From a virus (taxonomy: Duplodnaviria; Caudoviricetes): DNA of 64,000 nucleotides. Of the stretch, positions 39,304-50,101 are shown in pieces (the first letter of the stretch is position 1; each line of letters starts with the position of its first letter). The notes under the pieces are model-generated. The model saw nothing but the letters and a program-made list of their open reading frames with translations. It was not told where the DNA came from and did no database searches. Made by a program: the position numbers and the translations under genes. The DNA lies in IMG/VR virus record IMGVR_UViG_3300042258_000071, positions 32,001 to 96,000 of that record; one strand, given 5' to 3'.

Positions 39304-42231
39304 CTATTCAGCAAGTTTCCACTCAACAGTGATATCACGTTTAAGACTAAGAGACCCATCCTGATTAAGAGTTAGTTTACGACCAACCATCGGAGAAATA
39401 TCATTGTCTTTAACAAAGAGTGTTTGAGTTGTTGTAACACCATTGATACCAAGGGAGTCAATAGATTCAATGTTATCTTTAAGAGCAGCTTTAAGTTCTT
39501 CAGACATATCTTGAAGAGAAATGGTTTTCTTAGACATCTTCTCTTCAATGATGCGTTCAGTCGTGTTGATCATGGAAGTTTTAAGAGCATCATCTACGTT
39601 AACCGCGCGGGTTACATAGTAAACAATCTTAAATCCTAACCCTAAAGACATTCTCACTGTAAGCTCATTTCCGAGACTGAAATCTGCAGAACCAATGGTT
39701 CTAACAGGTTTGAAATACATTTCAGTTCGATCAATAAGGGCTCCATTCATCTCTTTAACCTGATCAACATATGCATTAATTTCTTCAGAAATGGAAGCAA
39801 GGTAGGTGATATCACTAGGCGAACTTGATGCATAAAGTCGCGCATCTAACATAAAAGATTCGATAAAATAAACTATTTCACGATTTTTGAAAATAACAGG
39901 TGCAAGATTACCCTCACTATCCCGCTCATATTTGATACTGTCTTCAGCATGTTTAAGAGTGGGTTGCCCTTCTGAATTTAAAATAATGTCTCCTTTAGAA
40001 TGTAGAAGATATGTCTTGAGAAGGTTGGGTTTAGAATTGGGATCTTGATCATCATAATCAGGATTTGGAATAACATCTACTTTAAGAGATCCATCCCCAT
40101 CAAGTTCATATACATCTTCTTGATAGGTATGATACACATCTTCAGGCCAGGTAACATACTCTTCTTGGGACCACAGTGCATCAGTTATATTAAAGATTGC
40201 CGTAGACAGATCCTTCCCAAATGAAATTGTAATCTTCTGATGTACAAGAAGGGTCTTATCTGCAAAATCAGCAGGAACATCTGGAAGTGAAAACCCCTGT
40301 GCGGTAGAGGGGAGTACGTAAGAGTCCACTAAGAAAAATACATTAAATTCTGTATCGAGAAGAATGTCTGTAATAGTCACCCCCTCACCATCATGAATCA
40401 TGGAGGTTCTAATATACCCATCTTTAGTGATGCGATAATTTGTTGGTAACACCACTTCATATTCGTCCATGTCTGGGAAGGACTGGACATATGACGCCTG
40501 AAGATAGGCTGTGTTGCTATTTCTGTCTTTTGTTGAGATGAGAATCGTAACATCCTCTCGATCTATAAGATCGAAACCAACAGATTTAATACCAAGACGA
40601 AGTGTGTAACCACCAGTACCACTGGAAAGATGCACCATCTTGGCATCAGTGATCGTCATTTGAGGGATTGCTTGAACATTCTCTTCTACGAATAAAACGT
40701 TTGTGACTTCAGGGGTGTTTAAATTGAAAGTTTTTGAAAAAGGATATTTATCATCGCGATATACAACGATGTGAAAAGGATTGCGTGTGTAGGTATTTGT
40801 ATTGAGCTCCGCTGCAAGAGCTTCCTTTGTGAGGGCTTCAAGGCTCGAGCGGGTTAAATCATCTAGCGGTGTACAAATTTCTGAAGATTCACTGTATTTA
40901 TACAGGGTGGTTGGAAGAATGACCACTGAATCGTCGTCATGTTTGAGGAGTGTTTGTGTAGTATCTACAATGTTTGATGTAAGGTGAATTTGACCAATCG
41001 TGATGGGAACTGATCGATTATCAGCATCTACCATAGTTTTGTTAGCGTAATAGATTCGAGAGGTTACATTGTCTAAATATTTGGTAAGTTTAAATCCATT
41101 ATCTTCTACAAACTTCCCAATATCAATTGCTGTAATAGGATCAGTTTTAAATGTTGATCCATAAATAACCCGTTCTTTAAGATCATTAAAGGTGATCTCA
41201 TTTCGACCGCCTTTAATAAGCTTTTGATTTGGAAGCATGTGTTGAAAAGTAAGAGCTGTTAGCATGGAAGAATATGTATTATCTGTGTCTTCTCGTAATC
41301 CAAAGTTAGCTGTGATGTTGTTAACATCTTCTGTCGTAATAGGGAGATTAAGTTCCCCCTCTGTTGTAAATATCTGAACACGGATCTCGTTACTTACAAG
41401 ACCTTGTGTAAAATAAATTTGAGGGATACTGATTTTAATACGACCAATATTACTTAAAGGTGTAATCTTAGCTGTGGGGTGGTCCCTATCGTAAATATTT
41501 TCAGATAATGTATATGAAAGTTCTTGCCAGCTCCCATTCCGTTTATGATACACACGTGCCGCCATGAAGCGATTTGTATACGCATACGAAACATTAAACC
41601 CTTGTTGAGGCGTTGTTGTTTCAATGTGTGTTTCTCGTAAAAACTGATGTGCAAGAATATCAATAGAGATGAGATCTAATCCTTGGGTTGTAAATGTTTG
41701 ATATGGGACAAGATTTGTTGATAAAGAGTGTAGGGGATTTAGTTCAGATGTGTCATATGTGACAATCATATTGCCGGTTCTAATATTAGTACGAATTTCA
41801 ATAGGGTAAAATAAACTAAAGGGTCGGTCTCCTAAGAAAATGATTGTATCTTTTGGGATCACAAGCTTTTTATAATCGACATTAAATACTTCAGATCTGC
41901 TAGCAATTTCATTGCGATCAAGGATAAACCTAAACGACAGTGAAGCAGGGTTCGCAGTCATGTGAATATAATCAAAGTCACTCATGTGTTTATAAAGATC
42001 TTCAGGTGTCGTAGCACGATAAGGATATCCGGATTCAAACTCTCGTATCATATTTCGATAGAGTTGTGACACCATAGATGACGAGGCCTCTAGAGCAGAG
42101 AACATCCCATTGTTTGGATCGGAGGGGACAAACTTTCCATCTGTTCTATTAGAAAGTTCTTCTAAAACTTTATATTGTAATCTCCCAGGATCACTTAAGA
42201 TTTCTGATGTGAGATTTTCATCATCGAACAT
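39304..42231 (-). CDS. Baseplate wedge-like virion protein (phiKZ gp87-like)
   Basis: 975 aa; YPYRATTPEDLYKHMSDFDY, TTEGELNL, GGRNEITFNDLKERVI, YLDNVTSRIYYA. Confidence 0.7.
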   Translation of the reverse strand: MFDDENLTSEILSDPGRLQYKVLEELSNRTDGKFVPSDPNNGMFSALEASSSMVSQLYRNMIREFESGYPYRATTPEDLYKHMSDFDYIHMTANPASLSFRFILDRNEIASRSEVFNVDYKKLVIPKDTIIFLGDRPFSLFYPIEIRTNIRTGNMIVTYDTSELNPLHSLSTNLVPYQTFTTQGLDLISIDILAHQFLRETHIETTTPQQGFNVSYAYTNRFMAARVYHKRNGSWQELSYTLSENIYDRDHPTAKITPLSNIGRIKISIPQIYFTQGLVSNEIRVQIFTTEGELNLPITTEDVNNITANFGLREDTDNTYSSMLTALTFQHMLPNQKLIKGGRNEITFNDLKERVIYGSTFKTDPITAIDIGKFVEDNGFKLTKYLDNVTSRIYYANKTMVDADNRSVPITIGQIHLTSNIVDTTQTLLKHDDDSVVILPTTLYKYSESSEICTPLDDLTRSSLEALTKEALAAELNTNTYTRNPFHIVVYRDDKYPFSKTFNLNTPEVTNVLFVEENVQAIPQMTITDAKMVHLSSGTGGYTLRLGIKSVGFDLIDREDVTILISTKDRNSNTAYLQASYVQSFPDMDEYEVVLPTNYRITKDGYIRTSMIHDGEGVTITDILLDTEFNVFFLVDSYVLPSTAQGFSLPDVPADFADKTLLVHQKITISFGKDLSTAIFNITDALWSQEEYVTWPEDVYHTYQEDVYELDGDGSLKVDVIPNPDYDDQDPNSKPNLLKTYLLHSKGDIILNSEGQPTLKHAEDSIKYERDSEGNLAPVIFKNREIVYFIESFMLDARLYASSSPSDITYLASISEEINAYVDQVKEMNGALIDRTEMYFKPVRTIGSADFSLGNELTVRMSLGLGFKIVYYVTRAVNVDDALKTSMINTTERIIEEKMSKKTISLQDMSEELKAALKDNIESIDSLGINGVTTTQTLFVKDNDISPMVGRKLTLNQDGSLSLKRDITVEWKLAE

Positions 42232-42238
42232 CTTTTAT

Positions 42239-43390
42239 TTACTCCGCTTTTGTTTTATATCGGGCAATGATTTCTTCAAACTTACGGTCAGCAGGATTGT
42301 CAAGTTCATCAGCCGTTGCTAAGAACTGAAGTTCATTAGTTCCATTGTAGATATCAATATAAGGAATGCCTACAAAATTATTTTCAGGTAAATTAGTGGT
42401 AATTACATAGTCAGATCTATTCTGATAGTTCCGCCCTGCGAAAGTGCTCATGATCATATTAAAGTCCATTAAGATTTGAGGATTTGCATATTCAATATGA
42501 TTCACTGCAAATGGCACAGTGAATCTTGTTGAGGACGATAAGTGAGATTCATATTCATTAACATTAAACATGTTCCCAATTGGAAATGCGCGTGGGAAAC
42601 ACCCTGTTGCTTTTGACCACATAACAATGGTTCGTTTAGAGGTATCTAAAATAAATCTGTAAATAGAACATGTATAGGGGAGGCGTCTTGCTGCGATATC
42701 TTCTGGGTACGCATTCACAACACCCTTTGCGGCAAGAGCTATCCAAAATACCCAGTAATATAAAAGAGACCTTAAAACGCCCCCAGGGATGTCTCGAAAG
42801 GTTAAACTGAGATCAGTCGCCCGATTAAGCATATCAGATCCTTTTGCAAAGATCTGATCCCCTGAAAAAATGTCCCCTTCAGTGGTTTCAGTATCTAACA
42901 CAAAATCACTCCATCCCGTGATAGACTCCATTCCGTTTGTGAGAGGGATAATGAAGGGTACATCATTGTTTAGAAAGGCAGAAGCATCTGCCTGTTTAAG
43001 TATCTCCATGCGTGCTTTTCTAAGAAGATCAGTATCTCTAAGTCCAGGCGATTTACCTGCAAATTTAGTATCTAATAAACATCGAATGGCAAAAGTTAGA
43101 GATTGGGCATAACTTGTATCCATCGTTGCAAGAACAGGATGTTGTTTAATATTACCACTTGTTAAATTGAGTTTAGGTCGGGTGATAAATGTTAACCCTG
43201 CAACTTCTGCATTCATGAGATTAAAGTTAACACCATAACGGTTAATCTTAGACATGAATGTCTGATAAGTGCCATGATAGCTGCCACCTCCAGAATATTT
43301 TCTTGACTGTTCAGATACAGCTTCTAGGAGTTGAGAGAGATCTTCTTCTGAAATGGAATCCAAGCTTGGAAGTGCATCAAATAAACTCAT
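42239..43390 (-). CDS. Virion structural protein (phiKZ gp88-like)
   Basis: GLTFITRPKLNL, PFIIPLTN, YTCSIYRFILD; start moved to MSLFDAL (AAGGA RBS). Confidence 0.65.
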   Translation of the reverse strand: MSLFDALPSLDSISEEDLSQLLEAVSEQSRKYSGGGSYHGTYQTFMSKINRYGVNFNLMNAEVAGLTFITRPKLNLTSGNIKQHPVLATMDTSYAQSLTFAIRCLLDTKFAGKSPGLRDTDLLRKARMEILKQADASAFLNNDVPFIIPLTNGMESITGWSDFVLDTETTEGDIFSGDQIFAKGSDMLNRATDLSLTFRDIPGGVLRSLLYYWVFWIALAAKGVVNAYPEDIAARRLPYTCSIYRFILDTSKRTIVMWSKATGCFPRAFPIGNMFNVNEYESHLSSSTRFTVPFAVNHIEYANPQILMDFNMIMSTFAGRNYQNRSDYVITTNLPENNFVGIPYIDIYNGTNELQFLATADELDNPADRKFEEIIARYKTKAE

Positions 43391-43512
43391 TGTTATAAAT
43401 CCTTTTATAGTCGAAGATCGTAGCGATCTCCCGTCATAATGCAATGCTTGTCATTAAGATGGTGACAAAAAATAAAAAAAGAAGGCCTTATAATAGAGAC
43501 TAAAAGCCCCAG

Positions 43513-43522
43513 ACCATACTAT
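43513..43522 (-). promoter_or_regulatory. Putative late promoter ATAGTATGGT
   Basis: Variant of the late-type motif in a divergent intergenic region. Confidence 0.4.
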
Positions 43523-43590
43523 AGCCCAAGGCCCATTATACTGGGAATCTGGCATTTATTAATACGTTTTCAAACTTGGAGTGGACACTT

Positions 43591-44778
43591 ATGAACGTAC
43601 CTATCATCGCAGGTGGTGTTGCAAAAATTCTTGATGTTGCAGCACAAGCCCTTAATTTTAAAGAAGATTACGATCAAGCAAAAAACACATCATTATCTCG
43701 TGCTGCAAAACGCGCCCATATTCCAGCTCGTATGTATGTGGATGGGAATATTGCTGGGGACGCCATCGTTGGTAATATTGCACGTGCAGCACAATCTCTT
43801 TATATCTCACTCATTATCTCTGTTCACCAACTTAATCAGTTGGTGTCTGGAGGTAAAACCATTACGGATTCTTTAAAAACAATTTCTACTGAATCTCTTC
43901 TTGCTTATCGCGATACTGGGGATGATTTTGGTGATTTTGTCGGCCTCGATACTCCTGCAACCGAATCTACAGATGCGAGTCGAATGGCAGAAGATGCTAT
44001 TAATGAACTTAAAGATGAAGATTCTAAGCAGAAACTTCGTGATAAAGATAAAGATTTTGAAACCAAGTATCGTTCTAAAAGCATTGCCGTCATGGATGAC
44101 AGTGGCGCCATCCCCTCAGGTCGTCTTATTGAATTAAAATTTGCTGCTGAAAAAGGTAAAGAGATCTCAATTAATGTTCTTGTGCAACTCTTCCCAATTA
44201 TCATTCGTCCGTCGATTGCTGTTGAATTTATCAAACTTGATGCAATGGCATCTTGGGGACAACGGTGGTTGCAATGGCGGGTTGGTGAGATTTCGTTTTT
44301 AGATCTGTTTTTCTCCCTTGATCAAATTCGTCAGCGCCGTAACATTATTCGCAGTGATCGGGATAATGTTCTTGTTGATTATATTGGTAACCGCATAAAG
44401 AAAGAAGGGAGTCGTTGGAACAGACTCTTTGAGGTCATTTCAAATTCTGCTTCTAAATCCAAAACAGCTGTTTCTAATAACCTCGCGTCTTCGATCATGG
44501 TGTTTTCTGAAGATACGGTTCTTCGAGCTAAATCTCAGACGGGAGGATTTGATCTTCATAATACATCTGATCGTAACAAATATTTCAATAAAACATTTTC
44601 TTTAATGATCTTTATTGTGGATCCCATGTATGACAAGATAACTCTCTATTTAAACGGTCTTGACATCAAAGGAGAATATTCCTTCGATCAGTTTAAGCCA
44701 AAAGGATCAAATAATGAAGTTGTTGAAATTATGAAAACCATTCAAGCCATTTCTCAAGGTCGTACACCAACTTTCTAA
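43591..44778 (+). CDS. Inner-head virion protein (phiKZ gp89-like)
   Basis: GRLIEL...INVLVQLFP, RWLQWRVGEISFLDL, C-terminal GRTPTF; STE/ATE putative protease sites. Confidence 0.6.
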   Translation: MNVPIIAGGVAKILDVAAQALNFKEDYDQAKNTSLSRAAKRAHIPARMYVDGNIAGDAIVGNIARAAQSLYISLIISVHQLNQLVSGGKTITDSLKTISTESLLAYRDTGDDFGDFVGLDTPATESTDASRMAEDAINELKDEDSKQKLRDKDKDFETKYRSKSIAVMDDSGAIPSGRLIELKFAAEKGKEISINVLVQLFPIIIRPSIAVEFIKLDAMASWGQRWLQWRVGEISFLDLFFSLDQIRQRRNIIRSDRDNVLVDYIGNRIKKEGSRWNRLFEVISNSASKSKTAVSNNLASSIMVFSEDTVLRAKSQTGGFDLHNTSDRNKYFNKTFSLMIFIVDPMYDKITLYLNGLDIKGEYSFDQFKPKGSNNEVVEIMKTIQAISQGRTPTF

Positions 44779-44816
44779 GGTTTCCCCCCTTAGGTATAAT
44801 TAAGAAGGATCCCCAG

Positions 44817-45788
44817 ATGAGCATTTTTGCGGAGATCAGTGCTTTTATTAAAGGTGCTGTAAATAAAATATCAAAAACTTCTTTTCAACGACCAGCGATC
44901 CTTCAGGAGATGGATACTACTCAAACGGCCGTTCAGACGGTGTATGATGAAGCCTCTCGCATTGAAACGATCAAGCTTCTTGAAGGTGTGGCTCGAAAAA
45001 TTAAGATGCACGCCTATAAATCTCCTACCGATCGTCAAGTTCTAGCAGTCTATGAAACCTATCGTAAGGCATTGGGGGCTTACACCGTTAAGGAGAATAA
45101 GCTCTATCTTGGTGCCATCGTGTCATCTGTTAATCTCATCATGACAGATCTTGATAAATTGTTTTCACAAGCACTTCAACTGTTTTCTGATCTTAAAGAT
45201 AAAGAAGACCTTCGCGTATCGCATAGTTACATTCTAGGATATCTGCATCTTGCAGAAATGACATCTATCTTTTTTGGGGATATGCTGTATCTTCTTGATG
45301 TTCCTAACGGAGAACGTCCTCCAAAATATTTATTTGAACGTGTTGAGAAGTATGCTGCGCCAGTTGGTAAATTTATTAACATGCTTCTTATTCGCCCAGG
45401 CACTATTACGATACTTGCCGATATCAATGAACTCCGTAAAGGTGGGACGGACATCTATATGTCGTCTGATGATTCTCATATGAATCTCGAAGACTATGCA
45501 CATGATGCAGATTATTCTTCACGTGTTCAGACAGGTCTCTCGCAAGGGTTTATTGGTAATCCTTTCATTATGATAGGTGATGCCATCACAGTCTGGCAGC
45601 GCCAGCGTTATGAGCGCAATAAAAAGCATCGTGAGTGGATCTCTGCAAAGATTGCCATTCTTCAGATGGATCTCGATGGTGTAGATCCGAACTCTTCTGA
45701 CTACAAGAAACAATTAGAGATCATTCGTCGCTACACGGATGAACTGGCAACTCTTGACAAGAAGATCAATCAATATGAAAACACCTAA
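44817..45788 (+). CDS. Virion protein (phiKZ gp90-like)
   Basis: 323 aa; GFIGNPF..IG....WQ followed by a coiled C-terminus. Confidence 0.6.
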   Translation: MSIFAEISAFIKGAVNKISKTSFQRPAILQEMDTTQTAVQTVYDEASRIETIKLLEGVARKIKMHAYKSPTDRQVLAVYETYRKALGAYTVKENKLYLGAIVSSVNLIMTDLDKLFSQALQLFSDLKDKEDLRVSHSYILGYLHLAEMTSIFFGDMLYLLDVPNGERPPKYLFERVEKYAAPVGKFINMLLIRPGTITILADINELRKGGTDIYMSSDDSHMNLEDYAHDADYSSRVQTGLSQGFIGNPFIMIGDAITVWQRQRYERNKKHREWISAKIAILQMDLDGVDPNSSDYKKQLEIIRRYTDELATLDKKINQYENT

Positions 45789-46680
45789 ACTCACCACAGA
45801 CAATGTAAAAATACCCCCTCCTGTTCCTCAACTTGTTAAGACATTAACGTCTATCTATGCATATATCGATCTCATCTCTAAGATGGATATTCGAGCTGCA
45901 GATGATGATCTTCTTAATCTTTATGGTTTATCGTCAGGATCTATGATGACGGTAACACACACAGGTGATGAGATTAAAGAACATGTCAAAAAAGCAACAG
46001 GGCAGGATTTTAAAAGATCTCTCCAAGAATTCGCATTTTCTCTTATATTACGAAAAGTCTCGGTACAACTAAATTATTTATATGAAGTATGTCGTAGTAG
46101 TTCCAATACTTTACAAAGTAATTATGACCCATTAACTTTTCTACCAGTATGTTGCCCAACCACGGATCTCATCACACGTTCGAGGGAACTCCAAAATATC
46201 ATTTTTAAATCTGCCTTTTCTAAACTTGAAACAACAGATGTTGGTGATGTTATAGCCCCATGGATTCACATGATTGAAGCTCAGGCATCTGGGCGTTATA
46301 CGGATACTGTAGAAACCATTCACCGTACACATGTAGACGATATCATTAAAACTTTTGGTGCGGTCCTACATCGATGTACTACTTTAACAACTTATGACAC
46401 AGAACGCCAAACTCTGATTAACCAACAGTTAGTCTTACGAGGAGCATTGGCACTGACCTGTATGGTGACAGGATGTCATCCACATGCCATCACGCGACAT
46501 TATGGGAAACTCTTCACCTATAATGGCTTTGAAGATCTCCATGTGAGTGACATTGGCCTTGCATGTCTTCCTGTTGTAACACTTGATTCTCTTAAAGTGA
46601 TTACCATCCCAAACAAACATATGGTGTCAACCTCCTCAGGTATCCGATATGCCCGAGCTTCATGTGGACTCTTGTGGTAA
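45775..46680 (+). CDS. Hypothetical protein in the head cluster
   Basis: Start probably MKTPKL at 45775, overlapping the previous stop. Confidence 0.65.
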   Translation: MKTPKLTTDNVKIPPPVPQLVKTLTSIYAYIDLISKMDIRAADDDLLNLYGLSSGSMMTVTHTGDEIKEHVKKATGQDFKRSLQEFAFSLILRKVSVQLNYLYEVCRSSSNTLQSNYDPLTFLPVCCPTTDLITRSRELQNIIFKSAFSKLETTDVGDVIAPWIHMIEAQASGRYTDTVETIHRTHVDDIIKTFGAVLHRCTTLTTYDTERQTLINQQLVLRGALALTCMVTGCHPHAITRHYGKLFTYNGFEDLHVSDIGLACLPVVTLDSLKVITIPNKHMVSTSSGIRYARASCGLLW

Positions 46681-46748
46681 TATTTGTCAAAAGACATTTA
46701 CCCTAGACGGTCATTTGATTTAACACGTTGAAATGGAGTTTTCCAACG

Positions 46749-48131
46749 ATGGACCAGCTTGCTCAATTTTTGAACTCTCTTGTGACCACTGATCCTGCCG
46801 ATCAAGTGGCTCATGTGAAAAACCCTTCTATGCAGACCATGGTGCGGTACCACAAAGCTGTAACAGGCATGACCTATGCCGTTGAAAATTTAAAACATCT
46901 CCGAAAAGACCTCAAAGATCTACATCGTCTGAACAATATTGTTCAGACAACAGGCCTTCCGAAAGCATTAGCAGCTTTTGTAAATCACAATGGTTCCATT
47001 CAAAACATTGTTAAAACCTTCCCAGCAACAGAATCTCTTGATGATCTAGGGTACCGTTCTAACGATGTTCGTTCAAAACGTGTTGTTGCAGGTATTGAAC
47101 ACATTCTGGCAACAGAGTCTTTGGCAACCACAGAGGGTATGAGGGACGTGATCATGCGTCTGAAGACCGTCTTGGATGTTACCCAGGATGTTGTAGATGA
47201 ACGTGAAGATCGCGCTGAAGCTGTTGCTGATACCATCGACGGTATGAGTGAAGATGCGGTTGTTGATATGTCACAATCTGTAACAGCCCTTTCGGCAGAG
47301 CAGTTCAAAGAGGTTCTTGAAGCGCTTCTCCTGGCCGTATCTGACCTTTCAGATGTTCCTGACTTTGACACTGAAGAAGGTGTCTCAACTGTCACTGAGA
47401 AAGTTAACGGTACGGTTGATAAACTTAAAACCATCGTGGGTCTAAAAGCTGGGGATGTTGTATCGGTTAACCCGGCTGGGGTTGCTGAGGGTTACACTGC
47501 AACGGAGGGGACGCTGGAGTCTCTTGGGTACACTGCAGATGTCGTAGCCAGCCTACTTCGTCAGGTAGCAAGCTTAGTAGACGCCGTTGAGAACATTCTT
47601 GATCAGAAAGATGCGATCGTTGAATCTCTAATTTCCTCATTTTGTGGTGAAGTAACCAACAAAGGTGAGAATGGTGATTCAACGAACCTCGACGACGATA
47701 CGTCGGTTCCTGCAGACCCGCCTGAAAATGGTGGCGAACCAGCAACCGAAGAGGACGATCCTGCCGATGAAGAAGAAGAGGAAGACACGTCTTCTGATGA
47801 CGACGATGGCACCGACCCAGCTGGTGAAGAAGAAGATCCGGAAGATGAGGATACCCCATCTAACTGTGATATCGCTTGTAGCTATATCACGGTGCTAACG
47901 GCATCGGTGGATGCCTCTATGGCCCTCGTCGCTGAAATTTCTTCCATCGGGGCTCTCTTCCTTGAGGGTGCAACTGCAGCAGACCCTGAGGATGAAGAGG
48001 GTGACTCAGAAGATAAAGACTCCTCTGACACTGAGGGTGATGACACTTTCGAAGAAGATACTGTGGATGACGATGATACAGACACTGCTGCATCTGAAGC
48101 CATACATGCCTGGTTGAATGGTGACGCGTAA
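46749..48131 (+). CDS. Internal head protein with a very acidic C-terminus
   Basis: Repeated ATE sites (PATES, LATES), GTLESLGY, long D/E tracts; GGAG RBS. Confidence 0.65.
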   Translation: MDQLAQFLNSLVTTDPADQVAHVKNPSMQTMVRYHKAVTGMTYAVENLKHLRKDLKDLHRLNNIVQTTGLPKALAAFVNHNGSIQNIVKTFPATESLDDLGYRSNDVRSKRVVAGIEHILATESLATTEGMRDVIMRLKTVLDVTQDVVDEREDRAEAVADTIDGMSEDAVVDMSQSVTALSAEQFKEVLEALLLAVSDLSDVPDFDTEEGVSTVTEKVNGTVDKLKTIVGLKAGDVVSVNPAGVAEGYTATEGTLESLGYTADVVASLLRQVASLVDAVENILDQKDAIVESLISSFCGEVTNKGENGDSTNLDDDTSVPADPPENGGEPATEEDDPADEEEEEDTSSDDDDGTDPAGEEEDPEDEDTPSNCDIACSYITVLTASVDASMALVAEISSIGALFLEGATAADPEDEEGDSEDKDSSDTEGDDTFEEDTVDDDDTDTAASEAIHAWLNGDA

Positions 48132-48161
48132 CAGTTAGGTGTTACCTCATATCTGACAGCT

Positions 48162-48193
48162 TGTAAGGGGATGGGACCCCCCATCCTCTTACA
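48162..48193. terminator. Stem-loop
   Basis: TGTAAGGGGATGGG-ACCC-CCCATCCTCTTACA. Confidence 0.6.
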
Positions 48194-48227
48194 GTATTCC
48201 ATCGGCATCGATCGTGAAGGGATGAAC

Positions 48228-49739
48228 ATGTTCGACCATCTAAATGTAGCTCTAGAACGTATCAACTACCAGCCTCAAAGTCCTTTTGCAAAAGAGCTCG
48301 TGGAGCTATTCACAGAAGCCTTTAAGTATGTAGATGAAACGGCTCCTAAAAAAATTAAATTTACAGATCGTGAAAGTATTAAATGGAAAAACCAGTTGGT
48401 CTTAAAATTTAATAGGGAAACTGGTCTTACTGGAAACTTAAGAAAAATTATTAATAAGCATACAAATCTTACTGTTAAAGCTTGCTCCATACAAGTATTT
48501 GGACAAATCAATGCCTACATGATTCCACGTTTCAAAGTCTCAGATAAAGAAGTTCTAAGTGCCTTTAACCGAGTAACAGGGAAGGCACAGAAAGAATATA
48601 CTGCTAAAGACATACCTGATATCCTTAAGACGGCGCAATCAAAATTTGACCCTACAAATGGAAATTTTAATAAATCCATTTCTGAAGTCTACGCCTTCGA
48701 TTTATCCTTGGCCATAGAACTTTTTACCACAAAACATCTGATGTTAAGCGATTCTCATGTTAGTCCTGAAATGTTGACAGCCGTTGTCCTTCATGAAATT
48801 GGACATGCAGTAACCATGCCAGAGTTACTTGGGAATGCATTTTATCGTGCAACAGAGGCAGCTGATAGCCTTAAAGCCCTAGCCACAACAGCTAAAGTAG
48901 TTGATGCTAACGAATTTATAGCTCAGGCTAGAGACGCTGTAGATCTTTTAACAGATGAAAAACAGAAGAAAGACTTTATATCTCTCATTGACAAAGCATC
49001 TTCTGGATCCCCTGAAAAGAAGATTCCTGTTGCAATGGCCGTGGTTGGATCCGTTGTTCATCAAGCTATCTTTGACATAAGTCGTATGATTATAGATTTT
49101 GCTTCTCGTGAATTCTTAAAAAGTCGTGCAGATGTCACATTTAGAAATTATAATGTTAAAACAAGTGACACAGTCTTTACACAGCGTAACAGTTCAGTTA
49201 TTGAACGCGTCGCTGATGAGTATGTATCCAGGCATGGGATGAGTCAATATCTAGCACAGATGGTCCCTCTTTTTGTACGTCTACGGCCAAAATACTGGGG
49301 CGGACCTATTGTAAATGGGGTTATTAGGGTAGTTGCTGGGACGTTGGATATCTTAAATGCTGTCGCATACCCACCAATGATCACCCCCCATGCAACAACT
49401 TATGATACCGATTTGGAACGTATTGAAAATATTCTCTCAAATATTTATGCAGGATTTAAAAACCAAAATCTCCCTAATGAAGTGTATGCATCTCTTATAA
49501 CAGAAGTTGAAGAAACAAAACTTGCTATTGTTAAACTCAAAAAGATATATAGTTTTAAAATAAATAATTTTATTTGGAAAACGCTTCTTAAATTAGTAGA
49601 GCCTGGATCACTTGCTGGCATGGTACGAGATGCTAACATGGCTGCTGATTATGAGAAACTTCAAAAGATTTCTAAAGGCATGATTCGATCCCCGTTGTAT
49701 TATCAAGCTGCACGCGTTAGAGCAATTATAGAAACATAA
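48228..49739 (+). CDS. Virion zinc-metalloprotease-like protein (HExxH)
   Basis: AVVLHEIGH and ERVADEYVSRHG; N-terminal VALERINYQ as in phiKZ-like head proteins. Confidence 0.7.
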   Translation: MFDHLNVALERINYQPQSPFAKELVELFTEAFKYVDETAPKKIKFTDRESIKWKNQLVLKFNRETGLTGNLRKIINKHTNLTVKACSIQVFGQINAYMIPRFKVSDKEVLSAFNRVTGKAQKEYTAKDIPDILKTAQSKFDPTNGNFNKSISEVYAFDLSLAIELFTTKHLMLSDSHVSPEMLTAVVLHEIGHAVTMPELLGNAFYRATEAADSLKALATTAKVVDANEFIAQARDAVDLLTDEKQKKDFISLIDKASSGSPEKKIPVAMAVVGSVVHQAIFDISRMIIDFASREFLKSRADVTFRNYNVKTSDTVFTQRNSSVIERVADEYVSRHGMSQYLAQMVPLFVRLRPKYWGGPIVNGVIRVVAGTLDILNAVAYPPMITPHATTYDTDLERIENILSNIYAGFKNQNLPNEVYASLITEVEETKLAIVKLKKIYSFKINNFIWKTLLKLVEPGSLAGMVRDANMAADYEKLQKISKGMIRSPLYYQAARVRAIIET

Positions 49740-49761
49740 TTGTTATTCAAATAAATTCACT

Positions 49762-49779
49762 TATATATCACTATAGTGA
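49762..49779 (+). promoter_or_regulatory. Putative early promoter TATATATCACTATAGTGA
   Basis: Motif variant before a small-ORF island. Confidence 0.5.
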
Positions 49780-49814
49780 TCTGCGTCAATTATCCCGTTA
49801 TGGAGATAATGATT

Positions 49815-50060
49815 ATGAAGTGTGAAAATTTCAGAAGAGAAAGTGACGAACAAGTGTGTTCTGTTTGTCACAGAAGATGGGCGGTGGATGAAGAAGCACC
49901 TGAGTGCTCCCCACCCCAATCACATTCTTCTCAAATTCATCGAAAAGATATCCCACAAAGGCAGTACTATAAACCTTCTCAAAAAGAAAAGAAGGCACTA
50001 CCGACTCCGTGGGAGTTATATATGAAAGATCTCAAATCCCACCAGGGAGGGAGCAACTAG
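49815..50060 (+). CDS. Small Cys-motif protein
   Basis: CENFRRESDEQVCSVCHRRWAVDEEAPEC; GGAG RBS. Confidence 0.65.
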   Translation: MKCENFRRESDEQVCSVCHRRWAVDEEAPECSPPQSHSSQIHRKDIPQRQYYKPSQKEKKALPTPWELYMKDLKSHQGGSN

Positions 50061-50101
50061 CTCCCTCTTTCTATTTTCTGCATCCTGAAAGGACCTTCAT
50101 C

